Assembly (NCBI GenBank): GCA_965219415.1
Contig: CBDCNP010000002.1
Span: 832,001-896,000, forward strand
Length of the DNA: 64,000 bases
DNA from: Candidatus Marinacidobacterales bacterium
GTDB lineage: Bacteria; Acidobacteriota; Vicinamibacteria; Marinacidobacterales; DATDRI01
Direction: 5' to 3'
In this document: piece by piece, positions 1 through 10,478 of the stretch
Position numbering within the stretch: the stretch's first letter is position 1
Layout: each line of letters starts with the position of its first letter
Notes under the pieces: model-generated
What the model was told of the DNA's origin: nothing
What the model saw: the letters and a program-made list of their open reading frames with translations, nothing else
Database searches by the model: none
Translations under genes and position numbers: made by a program

Positions 1-387
1 GACGACCACCGAAGCTCAGCTCTCCGTTCGTGCTCCCCCAGTGGTTATGAGTTCGCTCCTTCTCGTGCTTGCCCTTGAGCCCCGCGATCTCCTCGGCGTC
101 CTCTCTGAGCAGTAGGTGCAGAGCTGTCAGTCCTTGCTCGTACACCCATTCCGTCAGTTCCGCCTTCGTGGCCGCGATCCCAGCTATCATCGGTAGCAGT
201 ATCTGACCGACTTGGCCAACTACCTTGCCCGTAGGCGAGTGCGTTTGCTTTCTTACTGGCTTCTTTGATTTCCTAGGCATTGGTGGCTCCTTGTCCCCCT
301 CTGGAGACGGTTGTTTGGCAGACCTATTCTTAGGCCGGCCAAGGAGCCGCCGCTACCCCAAATTCAACATCCGGCGGGACATCCCCC
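1..387 (-). mobile_element. IS256-family element, left end with terminal inverted repeat
   Basis: Minus strand from about 387 reads GGGGATGTCCCGCCGGATGTTGAATTTGGGGTAGCGGCGG, a GGGATGTCCC...GTTGAA-type end about 100 bp upstream of the transposase start. The partner end is outside the window. Confidence 0.6.
2..280 (-). CDS. IS256-family transposase, N-terminal part (runs off the window start)
   Basis: Hand translation from ATG at 280 (GGAG RBS upstream): MPRKSKKPVRKQ...EQGLTALHLLLREDAEEIAGLKGKHEKERTHNHWGSTNGELSFGGR, resembling the IS256-type N-terminal 'G.kg.h...r...G.....l.lGGR' pattern. Not in the ORF track because its 3' part lies outside the window. Confidence 0.7.
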   Translation of the reverse strand, partial: MPRKSKKPVRKQTHSPTGKVVGQVGQILLPMIAGIAATKAELTEWVYEQGLTALHLLLREDAEEIAGLKGKHEKERTHNHWGSTNGELSFGGR

Positions 388-465
388 TCCACTGGGTGGT
401 TCGGCCAAAGTACCCGCCCGTGCGTTGCAAGTCGAATCTAAAGAGAAGCTACGCGTAACTAACAG

Positions 466-1423
466 ATGGAGGTCCCCACCAGTCGCAACGAGACCTGGGA
501 CTATGAGGGTCGACCGCGTGCACACTACGAATATCAGTTTGCGCGCGCTAAGTTGGTCGGCCAGTTTCCGAACGAGGATACGCGCTGGAAGCGATTGCAG
601 GACTACTACCTGAACTGCATCGCCGACTGCGATCGTCACGTGGAACGAATCCTCCGGGAACTCGACGAGCTTGGGCTAGCGGACAATACAATCGTCGTGA
701 TGACATCGGACCACGGCGAGCTAGGCGGAGCTCATCAAATGCACGGCAAGGGAGCTACGGCGTACAAGGAGCAACTTCACGTGCCGTTATGGATGCGGCA
801 CCCCGGCCATGCCGGCAACGCAGGAAAGGAATGCCCGGCCCTGACATCGCATCTCGATATCACGCCGACCATCCTGGGGCTCGCGGGGGTCAGCGACGAC
901 AAGCGCAAGGCGATGGCGCCGAAACTACATGGACAAGAACCTGAGCAGTCTCCTGGCGTCGCCTGAATCTGCAAGGTCGAATGCGGTAAGGGACGGCGCG
1001 CTCTACAACTTCAACATGTGGCTGTACCAGGACGCCGACTTTATGCAGCGCGCGTTCGAGATACTAAGCGCCGGCAAAAAAGTCGCCTAGGCCGGCCTAG
1101 AACCGGACCTGAGCAAGCGCGGAGCGACACGCAGCATCACCGACAGCCGATATCGTTACAGCCGCTATTTCTCGCCGTTACAGCACAACCTGCCCGAAAC
1201 GACGGAACAGATCTTCGGTTACAACGACGTTGAGCTGTATGATCTCGAGACGGATCCGGACGAGATGCGAAACCTGGCCGTCGATAAAAGGGCAAACGGC
1301 GAACTGCTGCTCGCGATGAATCAAAGGCTGACCGATGTCATCGACGTAGAAGTTGGCAGCGATGACGGAGAATTCCTGCCGGAGAACAAGGCTGGCTGGG
1401 CGGTCACGCGTTTCGATCCCTGA
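466..1423 (+). pseudogene. Sulfatase-family gene, 3' remnant
   Basis: Motifs TSDHGELGGAH, HVPL, SHLDITPT and ELYDLETDPDEMRNL. The N-terminus with the catalytic motif is absent, there is a frameshift near 935, an in-frame TAG at 1088-1090, and the natural stop at 1421-1423. Confidence 0.8.
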
Positions 1424-1483
1424 CTATAAAAACCGTCCGACGAGCCACTCCGAACGCCGGAGCAACCCTCTCCCAGCTCCCTT

Positions 1484-2812
1484 TTACGTTGCTGTTCGCT
1501 TTTCGGTGCCCTCGGGTGGATAAGAAGCGTTCGGCACATAGACGGCGGTACGGTCCAAGGTTCGTATCTTCGTTGCGCGCAAACCGATCTCCTCGACGGC
1601 GCCGATCTTGTCGCCGAAACGACAGAAATCACCGACGCGGACCGGCGCGGAGCTGAATAGAGTAATCGCGCCGATCAGGTTCTCGATCGGTCTCTGCGCG
1701 GCCAGGGCAACCGCCAGACCGCCGATTCCGAGACCTGCAATCAAGGTGGTCGCCTGGAACCCGAGGTTCTCGAACCAGAGCATTACCGCGATCAGAGCAA
1801 TCAGCAGTTTGAGAACGTTGGCCGCGGGACGCATCAGCACGGCTGCTTGGGCACGACCTCTGGCCTTCAATCGGTTCGCGGTTTGCCCGTGAAAAACGTC
1901 GACCAGTCGGATCAGGACCCAAGCCACGAGGACCGTTATTAGCGTGTGGCCCTCCATCCACGCGCGCGCCGTCACTCCCGGATGGATCACATCAATCCAG
2001 CTCCGGGCCACTATGACCGCGATGAGTAGTCGAATTGGACCCGAAACGAAGCGGCGGAGGTCGTCACTGAGACGTGTTTCGCCACGTCGAAACAGCCACC
2101 CGATAAACCAGGTCGTCACCCGCGCGACCACATATCCAATGCCGAGCAACCCGACTACCATGAGCCATTGCCACGTGTGCAGACCCAGGATCTCGAACTC
2201 GGGCATGACCTTCGAGAGCCTCTCACCGATCGCACCGTAGCCGTAGATCTCGTAGAGCTCAGGGATCTTCCCGATCGTCGCGTTGGAGATCTTCCAGATG
2301 AAAGCGCCGTCTCCCCGCGGGACGCGTTGCATGTAGATGTCGACGGGCTTGCCGTCTATATCGATTCGGGCGAGGCTGTCACGGTAGTCTGGTAGACCGT
2401 CGTCGGAGACGCCCCGAGGGTCTCTGCTCACCGTATCGGCGTCGATCCAGAGCGCGCGATCGAGCACGATCTTGAACTGCCTCACGAGCTCGGGGCCACC
2501 GATCGTAAGCACCTCCTCCGATAAGTTGCGGAGGTCAAGGTACTCGGCCGCGCGCTCGTAGTCACCTTCCCGCGCGGCTTCAGCAAAACCGAGGTAACTG
2601 CTACGGGGCGTGCCTCGATCGAACTCGTCCAGAGGACCCTGGGTTGGCTGCTGAGCCTCCGCCTGATCCTCCTCCTGCTGCAGCACATCCTTGACATTGG
2701 GCTCCTGGGCGTGCGCTGGGTTGAACCCGAGCAGCAGCACGGTCGTCGACGTTACGATCGCCGCCAGAATCGGGTAGCGACACCGGGATTGGGGATGTGA
2801 CAAAAGGCTCAT
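1484..2812 (-). pseudogene. Large MscS-family mechanosensitive channel with C-terminal internal deletion
   Basis: Signal peptide, periplasmic domain, TM helices and the MscS core AGLGIGGLAVALAAQ...VRVGDFC...VEEIGLRATKIRT. The sequence jumps from VPNAS straight to a YPPEG-type tail, so the MscS C-terminal domain is missing. GGAGGA RBS before ATG 2812. Confidence 0.8.
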
Positions 2813-2928
2813 GGCATCCTCCTCCATTCTTGGGCGAGTTCCATCCGGATAGCCTTGTATGCCACTGGCTGAGCCCGTCGTTGGATCGCCAGACTCTCTC
2901 ACATGATGTGTAGTCTTGACGCTGTCCT

Positions 2929-4160
2929 TTACGGCGTGTACCAGATCGGCGAGGTATATGCCCGGTCCTGGACGATCATCCTTACCGCTTCCGGCATCTC
3001 GATGCCGAAGCGTTTAGCGTCGTAGGCGGTCCAGCGCGGGGTTGGGATCTCGAGGACCCGAACGTAGTAAAAGGCGCGCCGATCGGCATCGAATTCAGGA
3101 TCCTTCCAGTGGGCCATCAGTAATGCATCGCCGATGGAGTTCGTAAAGTCGGCGTTGGCTACATCCACAGTATTTCCGACCGGGGTTTTACAGCGGCCAT
3201 CGGATCCGATGGCGCGTCCGTCGGACACCGCAACATCATAGAGTCGCTCGCGCATTTGGCCTTCGGCATCGACCCAGCCCTTGACGATCTGGATGCGGTC
3301 GAGGTTGGCGCCGTCGGGGTCGCGCAGCGCACGGACCATGAAGGTCGGCGCCTTGTCCGCCGGAGCTTCAGTGAGGTCGCCGCCCATGGGGACCCCTCGT
3401 TTGTAGCCCTGCTTGGCGAAATCCGGGCGTTCTACTTCATCTGCCTCGAAATCCCATCCGGCAAATACGCGTACGGTGATGCGGGTGCCGGTGCTGGCGT
3501 AAACCTCCTTACGAGCCAGGGCATCGAACAAGGACTCGCGAGTATTTTCGTGTGCCCAAACACCGGCAAGGCCGGAAGCGCTCGTCTCCCATGAAACGAC
3601 TGCGGGCGTTCCGTCCGCTTTCATCACCATGCACTCTCCCAGACGCTCCGAGTGAGTTCAGGGTCTTCGAGACGGGGCTTACCAATGTCGAAATCCTTCA
3701 TCATGCTGACCACTAACAACCAGGCTTCTTCACCACCAGCCTTGTAACCTTCGACCATCTCCCGTCCGCCTTTGGTGGCCATCAGGCGGGGATCGGAATT
3801 GGCCATCAACTCAGTAAATCCAAGGTACGAAGCATGATCGGAGACCACCAGAAAATCCAGCGGTCGAATGAGTTTGGCTCTCACTCCATTGCTCGCAACG
3901 ACTTGCTCACCCAGGGCGAAACGGAACGACTCCTCCGGCCCCAGCGTGTTTCCGAACATGCCGGAATCGAAGGAATAGGACGAGTGGTGGTGTGTGTCCC
4001 CCCAGTACACCCGTTGCGGGAAATGGTCCTCGACGTAGGGTGAATATTCCTGTTCTTTCTCCCCTACATGTTCTCTTTGGGGCGTCCACTCCTGAGCAAT
4101 TACAGAATTGGGTGCGATGAAAACGAGCCACATAACAGCGGCTATTGCTATAGCTTTCAT
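2929..4160 (-). pseudogene. DUF3604 (PHP-like) secreted protein, split by an internal deletion
   Basis: N-terminal part has a signal peptide, WGDTHHHSSYSFD and PLDFLVVSDH. C-terminal part has [48 protein letters not shown] and [11 protein letters not shown]. The middle section is missing and the junction near 3625 is out of frame. Confidence 0.8.
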
Positions 4161-4438
4161 TCTTGTCTCCGTCCTAATAGAAGATGAAATGCTCTGGTCC
4201 TCCTAGCGTATACCATACCGGTGAGGTACGCGCGTGGCATTCTCCACATCCACCGTGCTGCCCACCGCCGAGCCTAGCTCTCGAGTGTTACGTTTGGTTA
4301 CTTGTCCGGACCGAGTAGGTTTCAAAGCAACAGGGTCCAGCCTCGGCGGGAACCCGCTCAAGGCGCCCGGCTCAGCAGGAGTCCTTGCCGAGCCCGCTTT
4401 ACAACGGTGGCCCCGTAGCATAGATTCCTCGGCATAAC

Positions 4439-5848
4439 ATGAACAGAGTAACCCTTCTCATAGCGCTTCTTGGCTCATCCTTCCTCGTTCAGGTTTCGAG
4501 TGCGCAAGAGCGCTATTCGGACGTCATGTTGAACATTGGCGATGCCAATTATGGAACGTTCGATGACGGCAACCCATACGCCACGGCCAAGATGCTGAAT
4601 CACGTCCGCAGAGAGCGGTTTTACCTCATCCTGCCGAGAGTCATGCGGGAACACGAGGTCGACATGTGGATACACGTGATCCGGCCTTGGTCTTGGGGAG
4701 GGACGGACCCTCTTAGATATGAGTTCGGCAGCAAGTCCGGTGTTTTCATTCTTACCGACCGCGGCGGCGGCAGAATCGAACGGGTCGTTTTCGAGGGGGA
4801 AGTTCAAGATCCAGGCGCCTACGATATCGTGCGTGGAGAATACAGATATATTAGTCAACAAGATTACGAGCTCATGGACTACGCGATCGAAAATCCGGAT
4901 AACGATCTTGAATCAGAATTGGACCTAAGATTTCTGGGCCTCGGAGATTTTGTGGCCGAACGCGACCCCAAGCGCATCGCGGTCAACTACGTAGAAAGTC
5001 TTTCTTTTGCCGAGGGTTCGGAGACCTTTACGATGGCCCTTGGCGACGGTATTTCGTATACGGACTACGTCCAACTTAGCAAGGCTTTGGGAGACAAGTA
5101 CGCGGAGAGGATGGTCTCGGCCGAATATCTCATCTTGGACTACCTATCGCGAAGGGTCGCGAGTGAAGTCGTGCTCTATGGGTCGGCTCGCGCTTCAGGA
5201 GGACGCGGGAGACGATTCGGCAAGATCGTGCCTGGCGTGACGACACTGGGCGACATCGGGGTTCGGTCAGTCTTGAACAAGGATGGCAATCAAAGACGTG
5301 GAGAAGACTACGTGATCCGGCGAGGCGACCTCATTGGCGACTGGCAAGGAAAGGCCTACGTGCTTCGGAAAGGCGAGACGGACTTGCCGTGGTATTTCCG
5401 AAAATTCCAGGAAGACAGTCAGAAAGTTCGTGAGATCCTTCGCAAGAACATCAAGGTAGGGCTCACCGCAGGAGAAACGTGCGATCTACTCGGCCGCAAG
5501 CTGGAAGAGGCAGGTTTCATTTACACCGAATACCAGGAGTACAACAAATACGTAGACCATCCTGAAAAGACCCAGGTTCATCTCGACTTACATGGGGAAG
5601 GAAAAGGCATTCTCGCGCCCAGGATTTCGCCAATGGGGCCGAAGTGGCACTGGAACATGAAAATCCAGCTCTTCCATACGTTCGCCGTCGAGTACATGAT
5701 TTACGTACCGGTTCCCGAATGGGACAGGGGAAACAACTTCACCGGACGACAGATATATGAAGCCTACCATGATGGTGGGGTGGTAACGGGACGCGGGACG
5801 GAGATTCCATTTCCAGACCAGTCCGACGAGATAGAGATCATCCAATGA
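4439..5848 (+). CDS. Secreted divergent M24 (Xaa-Pro aminopeptidase-like) protein, paralog 1
   Basis: Signal peptide; ILPRVMREHEVDMWI, RDPKRIAVN, IVPGVTT, AYVLRKGE, HGEG, FAVEY match the creatinase-N + M24 architecture. Confidence 0.7.
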   Translation: MNRVTLLIALLGSSFLVQVSSAQERYSDVMLNIGDANYGTFDDGNPYATAKMLNHVRRERFYLILPRVMREHEVDMWIHVIRPWSWGGTDPLRYEFGSKSGVFILTDRGGGRIERVVFEGEVQDPGAYDIVRGEYRYISQQDYELMDYAIENPDNDLESELDLRFLGLGDFVAERDPKRIAVNYVESLSFAEGSETFTMALGDGISYTDYVQLSKALGDKYAERMVSAEYLILDYLSRRVASEVVLYGSARASGGRGRRFGKIVPGVTTLGDIGVRSVLNKDGNQRRGEDYVIRRGDLIGDWQGKAYVLRKGETDLPWYFRKFQEDSQKVREILRKNIKVGLTAGETCDLLGRKLEEAGFIYTEYQEYNKYVDHPEKTQVHLDLHGEGKGILAPRISPMGPKWHWNMKIQLFHTFAVEYMIYVPVPEWDRGNNFTGRQIYEAYHDGGVVTGRGTEIPFPDQSDEIEIIQ

Positions 5849-7077
5849 GGTTACAAGTCCTTTCGATATTCCTGTCTATACTTTTTGTTCCTCTGGGACT
5901 GCATGCCCAGCTCCCCACGCCGACCGCTTCACCGGACCTGATGCGGCTGATTCGTAGCGAGAAGTTCGAAGTGATCCTGCCTCGAGTCATGAGGGACAAC
6001 CAGATCGACATGTGGATCCATATGAAAGGAGCCGAAGATCCCCTCAACTTCGAGCTCGGCGACAGCCCGGGCGCCTACATCTTCACCGATCGCGGCGGTG
6101 ACCGAATCGAACGAGCCGTTCTGGGCGGGCGTGCCGATGAGGAGCTTTTCGACATCCTTGGCGCCGAGAGCGATCTCGCAGAGTTTGTCTCGGAACGCAA
6201 ACCCAAGCGCATCGCCGTGAACTATTCCGAGGAGAACTCAGGCCTCAGTACGATTTCCGATGCTGATCGTGCTCGACTGCTCGAGGCCTTGGGCGACACG
6301 TACAGGGAGAGAGTCGTCCCCGCCGATCGCTTAATAGCCGATTTCCTCGCGGGACGAGGGATGGCCGAAATAGCTCTCTTTGGACGGTTACTCATGACGA
6401 GCTCAGAGATCATAGACGAGGAGTTCGACAAGATCGTCCCCGGCGAGACAACACTGAAGGATATCTCAGGGAATGTCTTCGTCAGAGATCTAGATGGCAA
6501 GGAAGAAAACAATACGGACCACGTAGTCCAGTCGGGCGATCTGATCGGCATACTCCATGGTGCGAACGCGATGGATTTTCGAGAGCACAATGGGGGGATC
6601 GGCTATGTGCTTCGGGAGGGAGAGACCGGGCTACCCCCGGAGATCCGGAGCATCTGGGAACATGTGTTGAAGACCCGTGAGATCTTCCGCACCAACATCA
6701 CAGCTGGTCGGACGGGCGCGGAGATGCTCGAGACTCTCATCGGCAAACTAGAAGAAGCGGGCTATGTTTACATCGACCAAGATCAGTACGACCCGAATGC
6801 CGATCCCGAAAAAACACAGGTCCATATCGATTTTCACGGCCTGGGAAGAATCGTCTCGCAAGAAGAGGCGCCTAGGATTTCTCCTTCCGGCTGGGGGCGG
6901 GATCTGAAGATCCCGCTCTACCACACCTTCGCTCTCGAATACATGATCCACATGCCCGTGCCGGAATGGGGCCCAGGCAAGCACCTGTACATATGTCTCC
7001 ATGACGGTGCGATGGTCACCGAGCGCGGGGTAGAGTTCCCCGCTCCCCCCACCCAAGGGATCCGGATTATTCGGTGA
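5845..7077 (+). CDS. Secreted divergent M24-like protein, paralog 2
   Basis: ATGA overlap with paralog 1; same motifs (ILPRVMRDNQIDMWIH, KPKRIAVN, DFHGLG, FALEY). Confidence 0.7.
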   Translation: MRLQVLSIFLSILFVPLGLHAQLPTPTASPDLMRLIRSEKFEVILPRVMRDNQIDMWIHMKGAEDPLNFELGDSPGAYIFTDRGGDRIERAVLGGRADEELFDILGAESDLAEFVSERKPKRIAVNYSEENSGLSTISDADRARLLEALGDTYRERVVPADRLIADFLAGRGMAEIALFGRLLMTSSEIIDEEFDKIVPGETTLKDISGNVFVRDLDGKEENNTDHVVQSGDLIGILHGANAMDFREHNGGIGYVLREGETGLPPEIRSIWEHVLKTREIFRTNITAGRTGAEMLETLIGKLEEAGYVYIDQDQYDPNADPEKTQVHIDFHGLGRIVSQEEAPRISPSGWGRDLKIPLYHTFALEYMIHMPVPEWGPGKHLYICLHDGAMVTERGVEFPAPPTQGIRIIR

Positions 7078-8531
7078 TGACACCCATGAAAACAGCGCCG
7101 CTCGCCCTTTCGTTTTTCGGCATGCTTTTCCTTGTTTGCGGAGCGGATGCACAATCGCGCTATCCGGAAGCGATGGTCGGCATCAGCGACGCCTACTACG
7201 CGGCGTTCGATGACGACAATCCGTACGCGACGGCGGAAATGCTGAATCACATTCGACGGGAGAAATTCGACCTCGTCTTGCCTCGTGTGATGCGGGAACG
7301 TGAGGTCGACATGTGGATTCACGTGATTCGACCCTGGACTTGGAGCGGTAATGAGTATCGTCAACTAGAAGGCCAAGGCCTGAATTACAGCAGCATCGAC
7401 AGCACCGACCCTCTTAGGTATGAATTCGGTAGCAACGCCGCGGTCCTCATCTTTACCGATCGCGGCGGCGACCGGATCGAACGGACCGTTTTCGAAGGCG
7501 AGGTGGAGGACGCCGGTGCCTTCGACATCGTCCGTGGGCAATCGCCGTTCATCAATCAAGAGAACTACGAGATCATGGATTACGTGAAGGAGAATCCGGA
7601 GAACGTGCCGGAAACGGAGATAGGTTATCGGTTCATGGGCCTCGGAGAATTCGTCGCGGAGCGTGACCCCAAGAAAATCGCTGTGAACTACGCGGAAAAG
7701 CTGTCACTCGCGGAGGGCTCGGAAACCTACACGCTGGCTCTCACCGATGGCGTTTCGTACGCAGACCATCTCCAGCTGACCAAAGCGTTGGGGGACAAAT
7801 ATGCGAAGAGGATGGTCTCGGCCGAGTACATGATCCTGGATTACCTGACCCGAAGTGTGATGGCCGAAATCGTCGTCTTTGGCGGCTCCGGCCTACCACG
7901 ACGAGCGAGAACGTTCGACGAAATCGTGCCCGGTGAAACCGTCTTAAGCGATGTAGGAAGTTGGTTTTGCACGAGAGATGCCGGACACGACGAAGAGGCG
8001 ATGAACGACTTTCCGCTCCAGAGGGGTGACATGTTCCAGCGCGGGCAAATCCCCTACTACTTGCTTCGGGACGGTGAGACCGAACCGCCTCCGGAGGTAC
8101 AAAGAAGCTGGGACGAAGTAGTGAGAGTTCGCAAGATTCTAAGCAAGAACATCAAGCCGGGGCGAACGGGGGGAGAAACCCTCGAGCTCGTCATTCGTAA
8201 ACTGGAAGAGGCGGGGTTCGTCTACATCGACCACGATACCTTTGACCCAAGCCTAGATCCTGAGAAAACACAGGTACATCTCGATCTGCACGCTGTGGGC
8301 AAGGGAGTGCTTGCCCCGAGGATTTCCCCGATGGGCCCGAAATGGCATTGGGATATGAAAATACCGCTGTTTCTGACCTTGGGTGTCGAATACATGGTGC
8401 ATATGCCTGTTCCTGAATGGGGCGAAGGGAAGCATATCTATTACTGCAGCCTCCACGAACGTGGCGTGGTCACAGAACGTGGTGTGGAGTTCGCCAAACC
8501 ACCCGTCTCGGGGATTCGTGCTATTCGCTGA
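7074..8531 (+). CDS. Secreted divergent M24-like protein, paralog 3
   Basis: Overlaps the stop of paralog 2; long near-identical blocks with paralog 1 (TDPLRYEFGS, APRISPMGPKWHW). Confidence 0.7.
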   Translation: MMTPMKTAPLALSFFGMLFLVCGADAQSRYPEAMVGISDAYYAAFDDDNPYATAEMLNHIRREKFDLVLPRVMREREVDMWIHVIRPWTWSGNEYRQLEGQGLNYSSIDSTDPLRYEFGSNAAVLIFTDRGGDRIERTVFEGEVEDAGAFDIVRGQSPFINQENYEIMDYVKENPENVPETEIGYRFMGLGEFVAERDPKKIAVNYAEKLSLAEGSETYTLALTDGVSYADHLQLTKALGDKYAKRMVSAEYMILDYLTRSVMAEIVVFGGSGLPRRARTFDEIVPGETVLSDVGSWFCTRDAGHDEEAMNDFPLQRGDMFQRGQIPYYLLRDGETEPPPEVQRSWDEVVRVRKILSKNIKPGRTGGETLELVIRKLEEAGFVYIDHDTFDPSLDPEKTQVHLDLHAVGKGVLAPRISPMGPKWHWDMKIPLFLTLGVEYMVHMPVPEWGEGKHIYYCSLHERGVVTERGVEFAKPPVSGIRAIR

Positions 8532-8766
8532 TAGCCGTCAGGTATTTGCCCCCAGTGTGATGCGGCGTTGGCATCCGAGAAGGCTCCTGCTGCCACTGAC
8601 GCTGTCGACCACCATGTTCCAATAGGGTCTCAGGGTCGAATTCCCGATAGTGAGAAAGAAGCACGTTCACGGCCTGAAATTGATAGACTAGACGATCAGG
8701 CTCGACCCATTCGAACCGTGGGCGCGAGGCGGGCCGCGGCCCCCACGAGAATACGAGTAAAATTTG

Positions 8767-10347
8767 ATGAGAGTGCACCTAATCAACCCCAGCCACATCT
8801 CCTTTGGAATAGGCGTTATAACCCCCCGATGGCTCTTCGTACTTGCGGGCTCGACTCCCCGAGAGTACGGAGACCCGCAGATTGTCGACGAAACACTGGA
8901 GCAAATCGACCCCTCGGACATTCAGCCGGGCGACGTGGTCGGCATTGGCATCCATACCGGCAATGCGCTGCGTGGATACGAGGTCGGTCGATTGGCTCAG
9001 GAACGGGGGGCCTATGTGGTCTATGGAGGCATCCACGCCACGCTTTACCCCGAGGAAGCGCTTGATTTGGGCGGAGCAAGCGGCGTCGTCAAAGGCGACG
9101 GGGACGTCGTATGGGCTACAGTTCTGGCCGACTGCGCGAAGGGAAATCCCAAGAAACTGTACGAAGCGGGAAGGATCGAGGCGGAACACTTCAAGCCCGC
9201 CCGATGGGAATTGATCCCTCGCGACAGCTATATGTGGGCCTCCGTGCAGACGGTGCGCGGGTGTCCCAAGCATTGCTCTTTTTGCTCCGTATGGCGGACG
9301 GACGGCCAAAAACCCCGCCAACGCGCGTCCGACGCCGTCATCGAGGAGATTGTCGAGCTCCGACGGCTCGGGTTTCGTTTCATTGCCCTGGCTGACGACA
9401 ATTTCTACCCGGTTACGTTGGAGGATTTGAGGCTTGCCGAAAGTCGCAACGATCTGAACCGGCTCCAGGAACTCAAATCAATACGTGAAGACCGATTCCA
9501 CTTGATGGCGCAAATGGCCAAGTTGCCCGCCAACATGGTGTTCTTTACTCAGATCACTATGGAGGTAGCCGACGATCCCGAATTTCTGGATGCCATGCGC
9601 AACGCCAACATCAAGGGGGCTCTCGTCGGGGTCGAGTCGGTGACTGCCGAAGGGCTGAAGGCCGTCTACAAGAACTTCAACGCCGCCGGCACAGACTTGG
9701 TACAGCAGCTTCGCACTTTTCGCAAACACGGAGTGCACGTCTTGGGCTCGTTCATCTTTGGTCTACCCACGGACCGTGCGGAGACCTTCGACGCTACCGC
9801 GGCCCTCGCGCAGGAGGCCGATCTGACTTTTGCGCAGTTCGTGATGATGACCCCGTTCCCGGGGACGGTAGATTTCAATAACTGGGAAGCATCGATGAAG
9901 GATGACCCGACGCGCATTGGGGGCTTTCCATTGACCCAACACTGGTTGATTCCTCAGAATCTTCGGCCGAAAATCTACAGCGCTCATCCAGTGCTGTCTC
10001 CGGAGGAGATCAGGGTTCGCACACAGTCGGTTTGGGATCGTTTCTATAGCTTGGGCTCAGTCTGGAAGCGTTCTCGCTGTACTCCGACGTTGCGCGCACG
10101 CCTCGCTTTTGTCTTGCTCTCCAAGCTCTACCGGCAAATGTACGCCAGTACAGGGATTGCGACGGACAGTGCCCGTGTGAACCGGGCGACGACCGCGGCT
10201 AGGTGGATAGCGAAGCCCTGCCGGCGGCTGTTTCACACCGCGCCGATGCCGGAATTGCAGGTACCCAGCGGCACCCAAACTCCCAGTGACCCGGGGGCAG
10301 GCGCGGTCGAAGGCCTCGCAACTCGGTTTGGCAACCACGTTGAATGA
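8767..10347 (+). CDS. B12-binding radical SAM protein (class B methyltransferase-like)
   Basis: N-terminal cobalamin-binding region (VVYGGIHATLYPEE), RGCPKHCSFC CxxxCxxC motif, ADDNF, VGVES, GSFIFG. Confidence 0.9.
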   Translation: MRVHLINPSHISFGIGVITPRWLFVLAGSTPREYGDPQIVDETLEQIDPSDIQPGDVVGIGIHTGNALRGYEVGRLAQERGAYVVYGGIHATLYPEEALDLGGASGVVKGDGDVVWATVLADCAKGNPKKLYEAGRIEAEHFKPARWELIPRDSYMWASVQTVRGCPKHCSFCSVWRTDGQKPRQRASDAVIEEIVELRRLGFRFIALADDNFYPVTLEDLRLAESRNDLNRLQELKSIREDRFHLMAQMAKLPANMVFFTQITMEVADDPEFLDAMRNANIKGALVGVESVTAEGLKAVYKNFNAAGTDLVQQLRTFRKHGVHVLGSFIFGLPTDRAETFDATAALAQEADLTFAQFVMMTPFPGTVDFNNWEASMKDDPTRIGGFPLTQHWLIPQNLRPKIYSAHPVLSPEEIRVRTQSVWDRFYSLGSVWKRSRCTPTLRARLAFVLLSKLYRQMYASTGIATDSARVNRATTAARWIAKPCRRLFHTAPMPELQVPSGTQTPSDPGAGAVEGLATRFGNHVE

Positions 10348-10478
10348 CGGCCAAAATGCTCCAAGACTTGCGACTGCTTCCGTCAAGCCCTCAGTCCAGT
10401 TTGCGCCGGCCCCGCCTGCAGACTATATTCAAACGGAAACGGGTCTCAGGTTGACCAAAGGCCCTAAAATCCAACGCC

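Noticed and set aside
8521-8778. Short ORFs between the M24 trio and the radical SAM gene as a RiPP precursor
   Set aside because: No convincing RBS, leader/core pattern, or accompanying peptidase or RRE; not supportable from sequence.
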